Part shown: in pieces, positions 8,373-19,100 of the stretch
How positions within the stretch are numbered: position 1 is the stretch's first letter
Layout: each line of letters opens with the position of its first letter
From: Gemmatimonadota bacterium
GTDB lineage: Bacteria; Gemmatimonadota; Gemmatimonadetes; Gemmatimonadales; Gemmatimonadaceae
Length of the DNA stretch: 64,000 bases
Assembly: GCA_040389905.1 (NCBI GenBank)
Contig: JAZJZK010000032.1
Coordinates: forward strand, 1-64,000
Direction of reading: 5' to 3'
Translations under genes and position numbers: made by a program
The notes under the pieces: generated by a model
What the model was told of the DNA's origin: nothing
Seen by the model: the letters and a program-made list of their open reading frames with translations, nothing else
The model's database searches: none

Positions 8373-11300
8373 ATGCGCACACATATACTCGCCACTTCGG
8401 CACTCCTTGCCTTCGCGACCACCGTCAACGCGCGGAGCGCCGCGCCGACGCCGACGCCCTCCTTCGCTGAACCGAGTCTGTCCCCGGATCATCGTGAGAT
8501 CGCGTTCGTCTCGGGCGGCGATATCTGGACCGTCCCCTTCGCCGGCGGTGACGCTCGGCTGCTCGTCTCCAATCCATCGAACGAGAGCCGGCCATTGTGG
8601 TCCCCCGACGGCACTCGGCTCGCCTTCTCATCGACACGGTCAGGGAACGGCGACATCTACGTTCTCACACTCGCCTCCGGGGAACTGAAGCGCATCACGT
8701 TCGATGACGTGAGCGACGTCCTCGACAACTGGTCGCGCGATGGGAAGTGGATCTACTTCTCCTCCACCAGTCGCGACGTTGCGGGCATGGCTGACGTATG
8801 GCGCGTCCGCGCCGAGGGCGGAACACCAGTGCAAGTCGCCGCCGACCGCTATACCGCGGAGTACTTCTCCGCCCCCGCGCCGGACGGTTCGACCATCGCG
8901 ATCACCGGTCGTGGCGTCCCATTCGGCCAGTGGTGGCGCCGCGGACACTCCCATATCGACGAGAGCGAGATCTGGCTGGTGCACGACGTTGCGCCGGCAA
9001 GCACGTCGATTCCGCGCTACGAGCAGATGACGACCGGTGGTGCCAAGAGCCTGTGGCCGATGTGGTCGCCCGATGGCGGTACCATCTACTTCATGAGCGA
9101 CCGGTCCGGACAGGAGAATCTCTGGTCGCGCCCCGTGAAGGCCGGCGAAGCGACGCAACTCACTCGCTTCACGGATGGACGCGTACTGTTCCCTTCCATC
9201 TCGGCAGACGGACAAGCCATCGCGTTCGAACGTGACTTCGGCGTGTGGACGTACGATGTCGCGTCGAAGCAGTCGAAGCGTGTATCGATTTCGCTCAAGG
9301 GCGCTCCGGCAGGTCCAGGAGTCGAGCACACGACACTCACCAACGGCATTCAACAACTTGCCCTGTCGCCGGATGCCAGGAAGGTGGCGTTCGCCGTTCG
9401 CGGGGAAATCTTCGCAGCGTCGGCGAGAGATGGCGGCGAGGCCACGCGCGTTACGAGCACCGCCGGACCCGAAGAACAGCTCGCGTGGGCGCCGGATAGC
9501 CGCCGGCTCGTGTACGCCAGCGAGCGCGAAGGCGCATGGCACCTATTCCTCTATGACTTCGCTTCGCGTGCCGAGACGCAGCTGACACGGGGAACCGCAA
9601 ACGATGTCGCGCCGCGCTGGTCACCAGACGGCCGACGGATCGCGTTCGTTCGCGGCGCTCGCGAACTCTGCGTGCTCGATGTGGCAGCGGGTACGGACAA
9701 GGTCGTGGCCACCGCCTCGCTCAGTCGCCCACCATTCGTGGATGAACGCGGAGTCGCCTGGTCGCCAGACGGACGCTGGCTTGCGTATGCCACCAGCGAT
9801 GGCAGCAAGCAGTTTGCGAACGTCTTCATCGTGCCGGCTGACGGCGGTACTCCTCGGCAGGCAAGCTGGATCTCGAACGCAAACGGCGGCGGGCTCTCGT
9901 GGAGCACGGACGGCACGTTCATCACGTTCGCGTCGGGACAGCGGACAGAGGATGGGCAAGTCATTCGGATCGATCTCGTGCCGCGCACGCCGCGCTTCCG
10001 CGAGGATCAGTTCCGCGATCTCTTCACCACACCAGGTCGCGTGCCCGGTCCGCAAACGCAGCAGCCTGGCCCGGGCGCCCCCGCCACTCCCGCAGCCGCT
10101 CCCGCTCCCGACACTGCGGCGCGACGCGATAGCGCCGCCGCCGCCCGCCGAAATACGACCATCGTTTTCGAAGACATTCGGCGTCGAGCGGCCGCGTTGC
10201 CGGTTGGCGTGGACGTGAACAGCGCGGTGTTGAGTCCCGACGGCAAAGTCCTGCTCCTGACCGCGAGCGCGGCAGGGCAGACGAACCTCTACACCTACAA
10301 CGTCGATGATCTCACGCAGGATGCTGTCGCTCGGCAGTTGACGAGCACACCGGGTTTCAAGAGTAGTGCGCAGTGGTCGCCCGATGGAAAGGAGGTGTAC
10401 TACCTCGAGGGTGGCCGCATCAGCATCGTCAACATGGACAATCGAGCCGTTCGCAGCGTGAACGTCAGCGCCGAACTCGACGTCGATTTCTCGAAGGAGA
10501 AGCTCGCGGTGTTTCAGACCGCCTGGTCCTACCTGCGCGACAACTTCTTCGACGCGGGAATGCACGGCACCAACTGGACGGCACTCCGCGACGAGTACGC
10601 GGACCATGTCGCCGGCGCTCGTACGCCGGACGAAATGCGCCGGCTGATGAGCCTGATGATCGGTGAGCTCAATGCGTCGCATCTCGGGATTGGCGGTCCT
10701 GCCGCGCAGGGCGCATCCACCGGAAAACTCGGCCTTCGTTTCGATCGCGCCGAATATGAGCGCGACGGCAAGCTTCGCGTGACGGAAGTCATTGCTCTCA
10801 GCCCCGCGGCGTTGGCTGGCAACGTTACCGTCGGTGACGTGCTCACGGCGATCGACGGAAAGCCGTTGGATGCAGCGAGCAACATCGACGAGTTGTTGTC
10901 CTATCGTACAGGAAAGCAAACGGTGCTGACGGTGACGCCGCGCACCGGTGCTCCCCGACAAGTCACCGTTCGCCCAATCAACACGGCGACGGAAAAGGGC
11001 CTGTTGTATCGCGTGTGGGTCGAATCACGCCGTGACTATGTCGCCAAGGCGAGCGGCGGACGCCTCGGCTACGTGCACATGGTGGACATGAGCGACGTCG
11101 CGCTGCGCCAGCTCTACAATGATCTCGATGCGGAGCAGCACGATCGCGAAGGCGTCGTCGTCGATGTGCGTAACAACAACGGCGGATTCGTGAATGCGTA
11201 TGCGCTCGACGTCTTTTCGCGGAAGCCCTACTTGACGATGCAGTCGCGCGGCGATCCGGCCACCGGCGCCCGCACGGCGCTCGGACAGCGCTCACTCGAG

Positions 11301-11630
11301 CGGCCCACGGTGCTCGTGACGAACCAGCACTCGCTGAGCGATGCGGAGGATTTCACGGAGGGCTATCGGGCGATGAAGCTCGGACAGGTGGTCGGTGAAC
11401 CGACAGCCGGTTGGATCATCTACACGTCGAACCGCACGTTGCTCGATGGAACGACGGTTCGCCTACCTGGGACCAGAATCACGGGTGCCGATGGCAAGGA
11501 CATGGAGCTCGCGCCACGCCCTGTGGACCAGCTGGTGATTCGCCCCGTGGGCGAGGGCTATTCCGGCCGCGATAGCCAACTCGACGCGGCGGTAAAGACG
11601 TTGCTCGCCACGCTCCCGCCGAGACGGTAG
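8373..11630 (+). CDS. Secreted tricorn-like S41 peptidase (PD40/beta-propeller repeats, PDZ, catalytic domain)
   Basis: Signal peptide; repeated WSPDG motifs; GELNASH, DVRNNNGG, SLSDAEDF, VGEPTAG. Confidence 0.93.
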   Translation: MRTHILATSALLAFATTVNARSAAPTPTPSFAEPSLSPDHREIAFVSGGDIWTVPFAGGDARLLVSNPSNESRPLWSPDGTRLAFSSTRSGNGDIYVLTLASGELKRITFDDVSDVLDNWSRDGKWIYFSSTSRDVAGMADVWRVRAEGGTPVQVAADRYTAEYFSAPAPDGSTIAITGRGVPFGQWWRRGHSHIDESEIWLVHDVAPASTSIPRYEQMTTGGAKSLWPMWSPDGGTIYFMSDRSGQENLWSRPVKAGEATQLTRFTDGRVLFPSISADGQAIAFERDFGVWTYDVASKQSKRVSISLKGAPAGPGVEHTTLTNGIQQLALSPDARKVAFAVRGEIFAASARDGGEATRVTSTAGPEEQLAWAPDSRRLVYASEREGAWHLFLYDFASRAETQLTRGTANDVAPRWSPDGRRIAFVRGARELCVLDVAAGTDKVVATASLSRPPFVDERGVAWSPDGRWLAYATSDGSKQFANVFIVPADGGTPRQASWISNANGGGLSWSTDGTFITFASGQRTEDGQVIRIDLVPRTPRFREDQFRDLFTTPGRVPGPQTQQPGPGAPATPAAAPAPDTAARRDSAAAARRNTTIVFEDIRRRAAALPVGVDVNSAVLSPDGKVLLLTASAAGQTNLYTYNVDDLTQDAVARQLTSTPGFKSSAQWSPDGKEVYYLEGGRISIVNMDNRAVRSVNVSAELDVDFSKEKLAVFQTAWSYLRDNFFDAGMHGTNWTALRDEYADHVAGARTPDEMRRLMSLMIGELNASHLGIGGPAAQGASTGKLGLRFDRAEYERDGKLRVTEVIALSPAALAGNVTVGDVLTAIDGKPLDAASNIDELLSYRTGKQTVLTVTPRTGAPRQVTVRPINTATEKGLLYRVWVESRRDYVAKASGGRLGYVHMVDMSDVALRQLYNDLDAEQHDREGVVVDVRNNNGGFVNAYALDVFSRKPYLTMQSRGDPATGARTALGQRSLERPTVLVTNQHSLSDAEDFTEGYRAMKLGQVVGEPTAGWIIYTSNRTLLDGTTVRLPGTRITGADGKDMELAPRPVDQLVIRPVGEGYSGRDSQLDAAVKTLLATLPPRR

Positions 11631-11631
11631 C

Positions 11632-11770
11632 CACTCGGCCAAGCGGCTTCACGAGGCGGCGGTTATCGACTGCTCGGATCTGGTCGATCAGGAGGTCGGA
11701 CTCTCTGCGCGTCGAATTCGGCGTTCACCTTCAACCGTCGCGGCCTTGCACTCAGAGGCGCCGCCTCCGA
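11632..11770 (-). pseudogene. Degenerate 3' fragment of a PemK/MazF-family toxin gene
   Basis: The minus frame from 11703 reads ESDLLIDQIRAVDNRRLVKPLGRV (MazF/PemK DQIRxxDxxRL signature). There is an in-frame TGA 7 codons upstream, no start, and EAAPL in another frame near 11767. Confidence 0.65.
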
Positions 11771-11907
11771 TACTGGATACAGTATCCCTGAGTCCACAAA
11801 CCCGGTTGCCTGTGGGCGTGGCGCGAGAATCTGCTGAGCTGACTCGCACGTTTCATCCGCGCGCGCCGCGCGTCGGTGATTTTCGTCGTACCCTCCTGCG
11901 ACGTGGC

Positions 11908-13278
11908 ATGTGTCTCGCCGCCCTCGTCGTTGCGATTCCCGCATGGTCGCAGAGTACCGCGGGGCGCAACTCCGTGAGTGGAGTGGTGTTCGATTCCATT
12001 GCGCGCGCGCCCCTCGCCAACGCGGCGGTGCAGGTCGCGCTTCTCGATTCTTCGAAAGGGATCGCGCGCGGGCGCTCCGGTCTTCAAATCTTCGGTGCGT
12101 TTGCGGATTCGTCGGGGCGGTTCCTGGTCTCCGGGCTTCCGCGCGGGAAATTCGCGATCGGCTTTCAGCACGAAGTCCTTTCCGCGCTCGGTGTGGAGGC
12201 GCCGGTTCATGGATTCGAAGTGGGCGCAGATTCCGTTGTTACCGTCGACCTCGCGGTCCCGTCCGCCGGCACGGTGCGCACGCAGCGCTGCGGCCCGCAA
12301 GTCGCCGGACGCGACGCGATGCTCGCCGGCTATCTCACCGACGCAAAGCGCGGAACCCTGCACGGTGCCCCAGAGGTCGTCGTCCAATGGACCGAGCTCG
12401 CTGGCAGCAAGCAGGCACTTCGCTTCGAGTCCCAGCAGGTGAAGACACAGCCGAGCGAAGGCGGAAGCTACCTCGTGTGCGGCTTGCCATCAGAAACGTC
12501 GTTGGACATTCGCGTGTCGGGCGACGGGTATCGGACCGTGGCCGGCGACATCGTCATGTCCTCGGACGGCGTCACACGACAGGATTTCAGCCTCGCCGAT
12601 ACGGCCACGCTTCACGGAACGGCACGCCTCGCCGGACGCGTGGTGCGCGCCGATGGATCACCGGTTGCTACTGGGTTCGCCGTCATCTCGGCGCTTGGTC
12701 TCACCGCGTCGTTGACGTCAGGCGCGTTCGCGATCGCAGGCATTCCAGCGGGCACCTGGTTGGTGGACGCCCGCGCTGTAGGCTACGAGCCGCAGTCGAA
12801 GTTCGTCAGCTTTGTTGAGGGAGCATCGATAACTGTCGACATCGTGCTGACGCGGCGCGCACAAGTACTCGAAGCCGTCAGTGTCATTGGGAAACCGGGG
12901 CGGGAGCTCGGTGTACTCAATGACATTCACGACCGGATGCGAACCGCGGCAGGAACCGCGTTTCTCCCCGGGAATTCCTGGCTGGCGAGCGCTGTCTTTC
13001 CTGTGGATGTTGTTCGCGCGGCACGCGGCTTCACCTACCGGAGCCCGACGGAGATTCTTGCGCGTCCGCAAGCCACCTCCTCGTGTCCAGGCGCGGGGAA
13101 GCAAATCGCCATCTACGTGGACGGCATCAAGTATTCCGGCGGCCTCGTCGAACTCAATAATCTTGTCCCAATGAACCAGGTCCTGGCAATCGAAACCTAC
13201 CCCGACGTCATCGCCGCCCCCGGACCTTGGCGCACCACCGACGCCTGCGCGGTGATTGCAGTCTGGACGAAACGTTAG
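11908..13278 (+). CDS. Secreted protein with carboxypeptidase-regulatory-like (CarboxypepD_reg) repeats and a C-terminal TonB-plug-like domain; start uncertain (ORF open from 11746)
   Basis: SVSGVVFDS..PLANAAV, GRFLVSGLPRG, LAGRVVRADGSPV, GTWLVDARAVGY; C-terminus IAIYVDG...VLAIETY...CAVIAVWTKR; no beta-barrel. Confidence 0.75.
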   Translation: MCLAALVVAIPAWSQSTAGRNSVSGVVFDSIARAPLANAAVQVALLDSSKGIARGRSGLQIFGAFADSSGRFLVSGLPRGKFAIGFQHEVLSALGVEAPVHGFEVGADSVVTVDLAVPSAGTVRTQRCGPQVAGRDAMLAGYLTDAKRGTLHGAPEVVVQWTELAGSKQALRFESQQVKTQPSEGGSYLVCGLPSETSLDIRVSGDGYRTVAGDIVMSSDGVTRQDFSLADTATLHGTARLAGRVVRADGSPVATGFAVISALGLTASLTSGAFAIAGIPAGTWLVDARAVGYEPQSKFVSFVEGASITVDIVLTRRAQVLEAVSVIGKPGRELGVLNDIHDRMRTAAGTAFLPGNSWLASAVFPVDVVRAARGFTYRSPTEILARPQATSSCPGAGKQIAIYVDGIKYSGGLVELNNLVPMNQVLAIETYPDVIAAPGPWRTTDACAVIAVWTKR

Positions 13279-13314
13279 TCCTGTCGCCTTCTCACTCTCT
13301 TAGACGAGGTTCAC

Positions 13315-13788
13315 GTGTCCTTAAAGCTATGCCGCACCGCCCTGTTGTTCGTCGTCGCTGGTGCGTGCGCAAAGTCGGCTCCTGCAACCTCGGCGGATCC
13401 GATGACGGAGGATCCCTCGCGCGCGCAGGCGACAGCCCCCGTCGGGCGAAACCGCGATATCATCACCAAGGCCGAACTTCAGGACCCCGTCAATGCCGGT
13501 CGCACAGTGCTCGAGGTCGTGCGCTCACTGCGGCCACATTTTCTCACCGTCCGCGGCGGCCAGGCGATTCAGGACACCACCGTCGCGAAGATGGGACTCG
13601 TCGACAACGAAAGCGGCAAGGTTCACGCGTCGATCGATGGCAACAAGATCGTGCCACTCGAGGAACTCAACCCGATCCTGGCAAACACCGTTTCCGAGGT
13701 GCGATTCCTGAATCCGTCGCAGGCCATGAACCGCTTCGGCGGCACGGCGCGCTCGGGTCCGGTCATCCTCGTCACGACGATCAAGTAG
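13315..13788 (+). CDS. Lipoprotein consisting of a single TonB-plug-like domain
   Basis: Lipobox VVAGAC; RDIITKAEL...LEVVRSLRP...SIDG...VSEVRFLNPSQAMNRFG...GPVILVTT. Confidence 0.75.
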   Translation: MSLKLCRTALLFVVAGACAKSAPATSADPMTEDPSRAQATAPVGRNRDIITKAELQDPVNAGRTVLEVVRSLRPHFLTVRGGQAIQDTTVAKMGLVDNESGKVHASIDGNKIVPLEELNPILANTVSEVRFLNPSQAMNRFGGTARSGPVILVTTIK

Positions 13789-13807
13789 GACAGACAACTA
13801 GCTTAGT

Positions 13808-13937
13808 TCGCGCCGGCACAGGAACGCGGATTGAGCAGAGTGAAGCGGATCAAATCTGACGCAAGCCTCGTGGGAAGACTTATCAGATCTTATCCGCTTC
13901 AACCCGCTCAGTCCGCGTTCATTGTGTTCCGGCGCGA
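13808..13937. repeat. Long imperfect inverted repeat (family C, GCGGAT-containing) between convergent genes; may act as a terminator
   Basis: Arms 13822-13859 and 13883-13920 match 32/38, extended by TCGCGCCGG...CCGGCGCGA. Confidence 0.85.
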
Positions 13938-13960
13938 CGGACCCCTTGTGCACTCGGCGT

Positions 13961-14533
13961 CTACCGTTTGGTCCAGACGGCAATCACCGCGCACGCATCG
14001 TTGGTGCGCCACAGCAGCGGTGCGGAGACCACGTCGGGGTACGTCTCCATGGCGAGCACCTTGTCCATGCCCACCGCGCTATTGAGCATGAGGAGACCGC
14101 CATTGTATTTCTCGCCGTCCACATAGACGATGACGGACTTGCGCGGGAATTTTGGATTCAGCACCTCGGTCATGACAGGCGACGCACTGCTGCAGGCGAC
14201 CTTCTTCATCTCCGGCCGCACGCGCCCTTCCACGACGTCTGCGCTCTTGTAGGAGAAGCCGCGCGCTCCTCTGACGACTTCAGAGGGAAACTGGGCGCCT
14301 TCCAACCAGGAGTTTCCCGGTAGGAATGCGGTACCACCGCCAGACTTCATGCGATGTGCGATACCATCGAGAATCTGCTGATCCCGCGCCGATCGCTCGC
14401 CGACAACCCGCGTCGCCTCGAGTAGTTGCGGCCGGCTTGCGGTGTCTCGCACGATCGAGTCAGGCGGAGTCTGTGCGCCTGCGACGCGTCCGACGAGCAG
14501 CAGTGACAGTATCGCGTGAAGTCGTCTCATCAT
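13961..14533 (-). CDS. Secreted stand-alone plug-like domain protein, paralog of the C-terminus of 11908-13278
   Basis: Signal peptide MMRRLHAILSLLLVGRVAGA; shares GTAFLPGNSWL, ARGF, YVDG.KY.GGL, ETYPDV, DACAVIAVWTKR. Confidence 0.78.
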   Translation of the reverse strand: MMRRLHAILSLLLVGRVAGAQTPPDSIVRDTASRPQLLEATRVVGERSARDQQILDGIAHRMKSGGGTAFLPGNSWLEGAQFPSEVVRGARGFSYKSADVVEGRVRPEMKKVACSSASPVMTEVLNPKFPRKSVIVYVDGEKYNGGLLMLNSAVGMDKVLAMETYPDVVSAPLLWRTNDACAVIAVWTKR

Positions 14534-14613
14534 CACAAGGGTCCTGGAGGATGGCAAAGCGAGGCACCCAGTTTTGGGCGCCCCGCCGTGCTACGATTGC
14601 GAACGTGGGGCGA

Positions 14614-16113
14614 CTACTTGTCCCACCAGATGCGTGTGATGTACGTGTTCGCACCCTGGCGGGCAATGGCCGCGTTGAGTGCGTCTGCGTTTACCGTCTG
14701 CTCGTTGCTCGGATACAGAATGCGGCGAGGGATCTCCGGGACGTCCGGATACGCCTTCGGCCCCATCTTGATGGTGACCGGATTACCTGTACGGCGGAAC
14801 TCGCTCCACGCTTCCGTACCCTGCGTGAACATCGACAGCCATTTCTGCAGGCCGATCTGCTTGACTCCGGTCGCGCCCGGCACATAGGTGACACCAGCCT
14901 TTGCGAGGTAGGTCGCGGCTTCAGCGGCCGTGCCGCCCCACTGCGTGATGGAGAGCGTAACGCCTGCATCGTAGTGTGACTTGGCCGTGCCCGATGCGCC
15001 GGCAAATCCACGCTCCACCATCTCTGCGAGGATGAACTCCATTTCCGCCGCCGTCATGAGCACTGACGGCGTCTTCTTGCCGGCCGTGCTACCGAACGTT
15101 CCGTACGTCGTGGATCCCGGATAGAAGATCGTGCCAACACGAGACGTCGTATTGAAGAACGGCGTCACCGTCGCATTGTCGAGACCGTTCTGAAGTCCTG
15201 CGTAGATCGTCGGATCAGCCTTCGTCGGCTGCGCATAGATCTTCACGCGCGGATCGCCGAGTGCGATCATCGTATCCAGCAGCGTCTTCGACACGCGGTG
15301 ATCGTCGCGGGTAGAGAAGGTCCCCGAGTACGGGTTGTCGTAGACGCCATCGCCCGGCCACGCCAACGTGGCGTTGTGCGCATTCGTCGTCATGAGCCCA
15401 CCCGGCGCTGCAATCGCCGCGGACATCTCGGCGGCCGCCTTCGACGCGTCCGCCTTCTGCATGCGCAGCGCAAGGCGCAGCCGCATCCCGTTGGAGAAGC
15501 GCAGCCAGTTGCTCATGTCGCCCTTGTAGATCGGGTCGGCAGCACCCAGCCCAGCATCCGTCGTACCAGCCTTCATGCTGGCCGATGCTTCGGTGAGCGT
15601 TTTGAGCAGCCCATAGTAGATGTCCTTCTGCGTATCGTACTTGGGCTTGAGCGGTCCACCCTTGTCGGCCTGGAGGGCTTCGGTATAGGGAATGTCGCCC
15701 CACATATCCGACATGTTCTGGAACACCCATGACTGCATGACCCGCGCGGGTCCAGAGGTATTCGCCGACTTGTTCGCGTCTCCCTGCTCGATGACCTTCT
15801 GATAGTCCTCGAGCTCGCTCACATACGAGTTGGTGAACCAGCCGTCGATGGTTTCTGTGCGGAGACGACCCCGATCCTCCTCGACGTACTGGACCTGTGC
15901 GAGATGCTGCGCAAAGAGCGCGGTTCCGGACAACTGGCCGCTCCCGACGAAGCGGCCGACGGCGTTGATGCTCGCCTGCGTGAACAGCGTGCTCGCAGGT
16001 GCGCTCGTGGGGCTGTTGGGGTTGACGTTCAACCCGGTGAGATCGGTCTTGCAGGCCATCGCCGTCGCGGCGACGGCAAGGCACAGCGCGACCGAGCGGC
16101 GCGTGTATTTCAT
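14614..16113 (-). CDS. SusD/RagB-family outer-membrane lipoprotein
   Basis: Lipobox ATAMAC, NVNPNSP, WGDIPYTEA, PKYDTQKDIY, QKWLSMF..GTEAWSEFRRTG, RRILYP, C-terminal IWWDK; directly downstream of SusC. Confidence 0.93.
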   Translation of the reverse strand: MKYTRRSVALCLAVAATAMACKTDLTGLNVNPNSPTSAPASTLFTQASINAVGRFVGSGQLSGTALFAQHLAQVQYVEEDRGRLRTETIDGWFTNSYVSELEDYQKVIEQGDANKSANTSGPARVMQSWVFQNMSDMWGDIPYTEALQADKGGPLKPKYDTQKDIYYGLLKTLTEASASMKAGTTDAGLGAADPIYKGDMSNWLRFSNGMRLRLALRMQKADASKAAAEMSAAIAAPGGLMTTNAHNATLAWPGDGVYDNPYSGTFSTRDDHRVSKTLLDTMIALGDPRVKIYAQPTKADPTIYAGLQNGLDNATVTPFFNTTSRVGTIFYPGSTTYGTFGSTAGKKTPSVLMTAAEMEFILAEMVERGFAGASGTAKSHYDAGVTLSITQWGGTAAEAATYLAKAGVTYVPGATGVKQIGLQKWLSMFTQGTEAWSEFRRTGNPVTIKMGPKAYPDVPEIPRRILYPSNEQTVNADALNAAIARQGANTYITRIWWDK

Positions 16114-16136
16114 GTGTACGTTCTCCCTGGTATCGG

Positions 16137-19100
16137 TCACGGTGTCACCGAAACGTTGAAGCCGAAGGAACGCGCCGTCGGCATCGCGCCCATGTCGTAG
16201 CCCTGCGCGCCGTTCCCGGCGTTCGAGGCGTTCTCTGGATCGTAGTTCGGGAAATCGGTCCACGTCTTCAGGTTGCGGCCGATGAACGCAATGTTCAACT
16301 GTGATGCCCGAACCTTCGCCGCAAAGCGCTGTGGCGCTTCCCAGGCAAGCCGCACCTCGCGAAGCTTCACAAAGCCTGTGTTCAGGATGCCGGCTTCGTT
16401 GATCGGATAGACCGTGTGATTGTAATCTTCCGCCGTGACGCGAATGGTGTTCGGCTTCTTGGTGACGTTGTCGATGCCGTCGATGACGAGGCCCGGCTTG
16501 TCCCAATCCTCTTCACGTCCCTCGAGCGTGGAGGCGAGGATGCCCGCGTACTGACCCCACCAGTTGCCGACGGAGAAGTTCTGCCCGCCGTGGCGCATGT
16601 CGAGCAGCGTGTTCAGCGACCACGCCTTGTAGCGCAGCTCATTCGCCCAGCCACCCGTCCAATCCGGATTCACGTTGCCGAGGATCTGCTTGACCGAGTT
16701 TCGATAGGGCAGACCGCCGGAGAGCATCCGCTTCCCGGTTGCTGAGTCCCTCGCATATGCATAGCCGAACAGCACACCGTACGGCTGGCCAACGCGCGCT
16801 TCGATGTTCGAGCTCCACTGCGACGCGATCGTCGTCGTCGTGAGGCCGGGGTACAGCGAGTCGACCATGCTGTTGTTCTTGAGGAAATTGAACGTCGAGC
16901 TCCACGAGAGACCCGTCGGCGTCGTCGAGCGAATCGGCCGAACGGTGGCGCTGAACTCGTATCCCTTGTTGCTCAGCTGACCCGCGTTGATGACGGTGGA
17001 CGAGAATCCCGTCGCCGGCGCCGTGGTCAGGTTCAGGATCTGGTCGCGCGAGATCTTCGAGTAGTAGGTGGCATCGAAGGTGAGGCGATCATCAAAGAGT
17101 GCGAATTCGAGCCCTGCTTCCTTCCCGGTGGTCTGTTCCGGCTTGAGCTGCGAATTCGCGGAGCTGTTGCTCAGCGTGTACAGCGGCAGGCCGGCAAACT
17201 TCGTGGTCGCGCCACTGTAGAGCGTCGCGAGCTGGTACGGCGCGGCATCGGATCCCACGCGCGCCCACGAGCCGCGAATCTTGAGGTACGACAACACCGC
17301 GTTGTCCGCGATCGCCGGAATCAGGTCCGACAGCACCAGCGAGGAGCTGACCGACGGATAGAAGTACGCGGCGTTTTCCTTGGGCAGCGTGGACGAATAG
17401 TCCTTGCGGCCCGTGACGTCCACCGTCCAGTAGCCGTTCGTCGTCAGCACACCCTCGCCATAGACGGAGTTCACGGCAGAGTGCGACTCGGAGTTCGAGA
17501 ACGAAGGCGCGATGCCGGCGTTCGCGAGATTGTAGATCCCCGGGACGAGGATTCCGCGCGTTCCGTACGATGAGGCGTAGCTGTCGTTCCGGCGCGTGTT
17601 GCCACCGACGTTCGCCGTGAGGTCGAAACGGCTCACGCTCTTCCGTGCCGTCAGCAGCCCCTCAACGTTGGCCTCGCGCGACCGAAGGTTGTTGTTCGTG
17701 AACGCGCCGTTGAAGCCTGCGTCGGCACGGTCGATGTTGCCCTTGGCGAACTGCTCCTCCGCCGTGAAGCGGAACGAGTCACCGCCGCCACGCACGACAC
17801 CGGAGAGCCACGGCGCGAATTCGTAGTTCGCCGACAGCTGCGCAATGACGCGATCGCGCGAATCCGGCGTGGGATTCTCGAACACCTGCCACCACGGGTT
17901 GCGGTGGTAGTTATCGTTCCAGCCGAACAAGGTCCCGTCCGCGAAACCATACGGGCTGCTCTGGTTGTAGTACTGCGCCTTCATCGCGTTGATGTCGACC
18001 TGCCGGCCGAACCACGTGAAGCTCATGAGCGGATTGCCCTCGGTGTAACCGTTTTCCGGGCGGTTCATGCCGCTGTTCTGCGTGTACTGCACCGACGCGT
18101 TCAGGGTCAGCTTTTCCTTGAACGTCGCGTTCGCCGAGAGCGATCCCGCCAGGCGGCTGAGCGACGAATTCGGAACGATCCCGCGAATATCATCCTTCGT
18201 GATCGAGAGCCGCCCGCCCGCGTTGTCGCTGGACGTGGTGACGTTGAGGTTGTTCGAGAGCGTGCTGCCAGTCCGGAAGTAGCCACTGACGTTGTCCGGG
18301 TGGGCGACCCATGGCTGCCCTTTACCCGTGAACTGGTCGCAGCTCTTGGTCTTGTCGTACACCCCTGGCTGGCCCACGATGAACATGCAGCCGGTCGTGC
18401 GGCCGTCGAGCTTGGGGCCCCATGACTCATCTGCGCCGTCGTTCGTGCCGCTACCGGCGCCGTCGACGTAGTTGAATTCACCCGTGAAACCCTGACCATA
18501 CTGATTCTGGTAGTTCGGAAGCACGGACGGCTGGTCCGCCGTCGCGCGGCTCGTGAAGTTGAACTTCACGCCACGGAGCTGATTGCGACCACTCTTGGTC
18601 GTGATCACGACGGCGCCATTCGATGCGCGCGAGCCATAGAGCGCGGCGGCGTTCGGTCCCTTCAGCACCGTGAGGCTGGCGACATCGTCCATGTTGATGT
18701 CCGAGATCGCGCTACCATAATCGCGGCCGCCGCTCGCCGACGCGCTCGAGAAGCCGCGGTTGGAGATCGGGATGCCGTCGATGATGAACAGCGGCTGGTT
18801 CTCGCCAAGGATCGAGCTCGCGCCGCGAATCACGATGCGCGTCGAGCCGCCCATGTTGCCCGACTGGCTGATCTGGAGGCCGGCGACTTTGCCGGACATC
18901 GCGCTGATCAGGTTCGGCTGCTGGGTCTTGGTGAGATCCTCCGCGGAAACCGTCTGTTGCGCGGTTCCGATCGTTGCCTTCTCACGCTGCTGGCTGAGCG
19001 CGGTGACGACGACTTCATCGAGTTGCGCAGGCTGCTGGACGAGCGCGAAGTCCTGCGTGATGCGCGCGCCATTGAGCGTCACGTTCACACGCATCATACG

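Noticed and set aside
12865..14420. Diversity-generating retroelement TR/VR pair
   Set aside because: No reverse transcriptase in the window; both copies are coding and the differences are not adenine-specific
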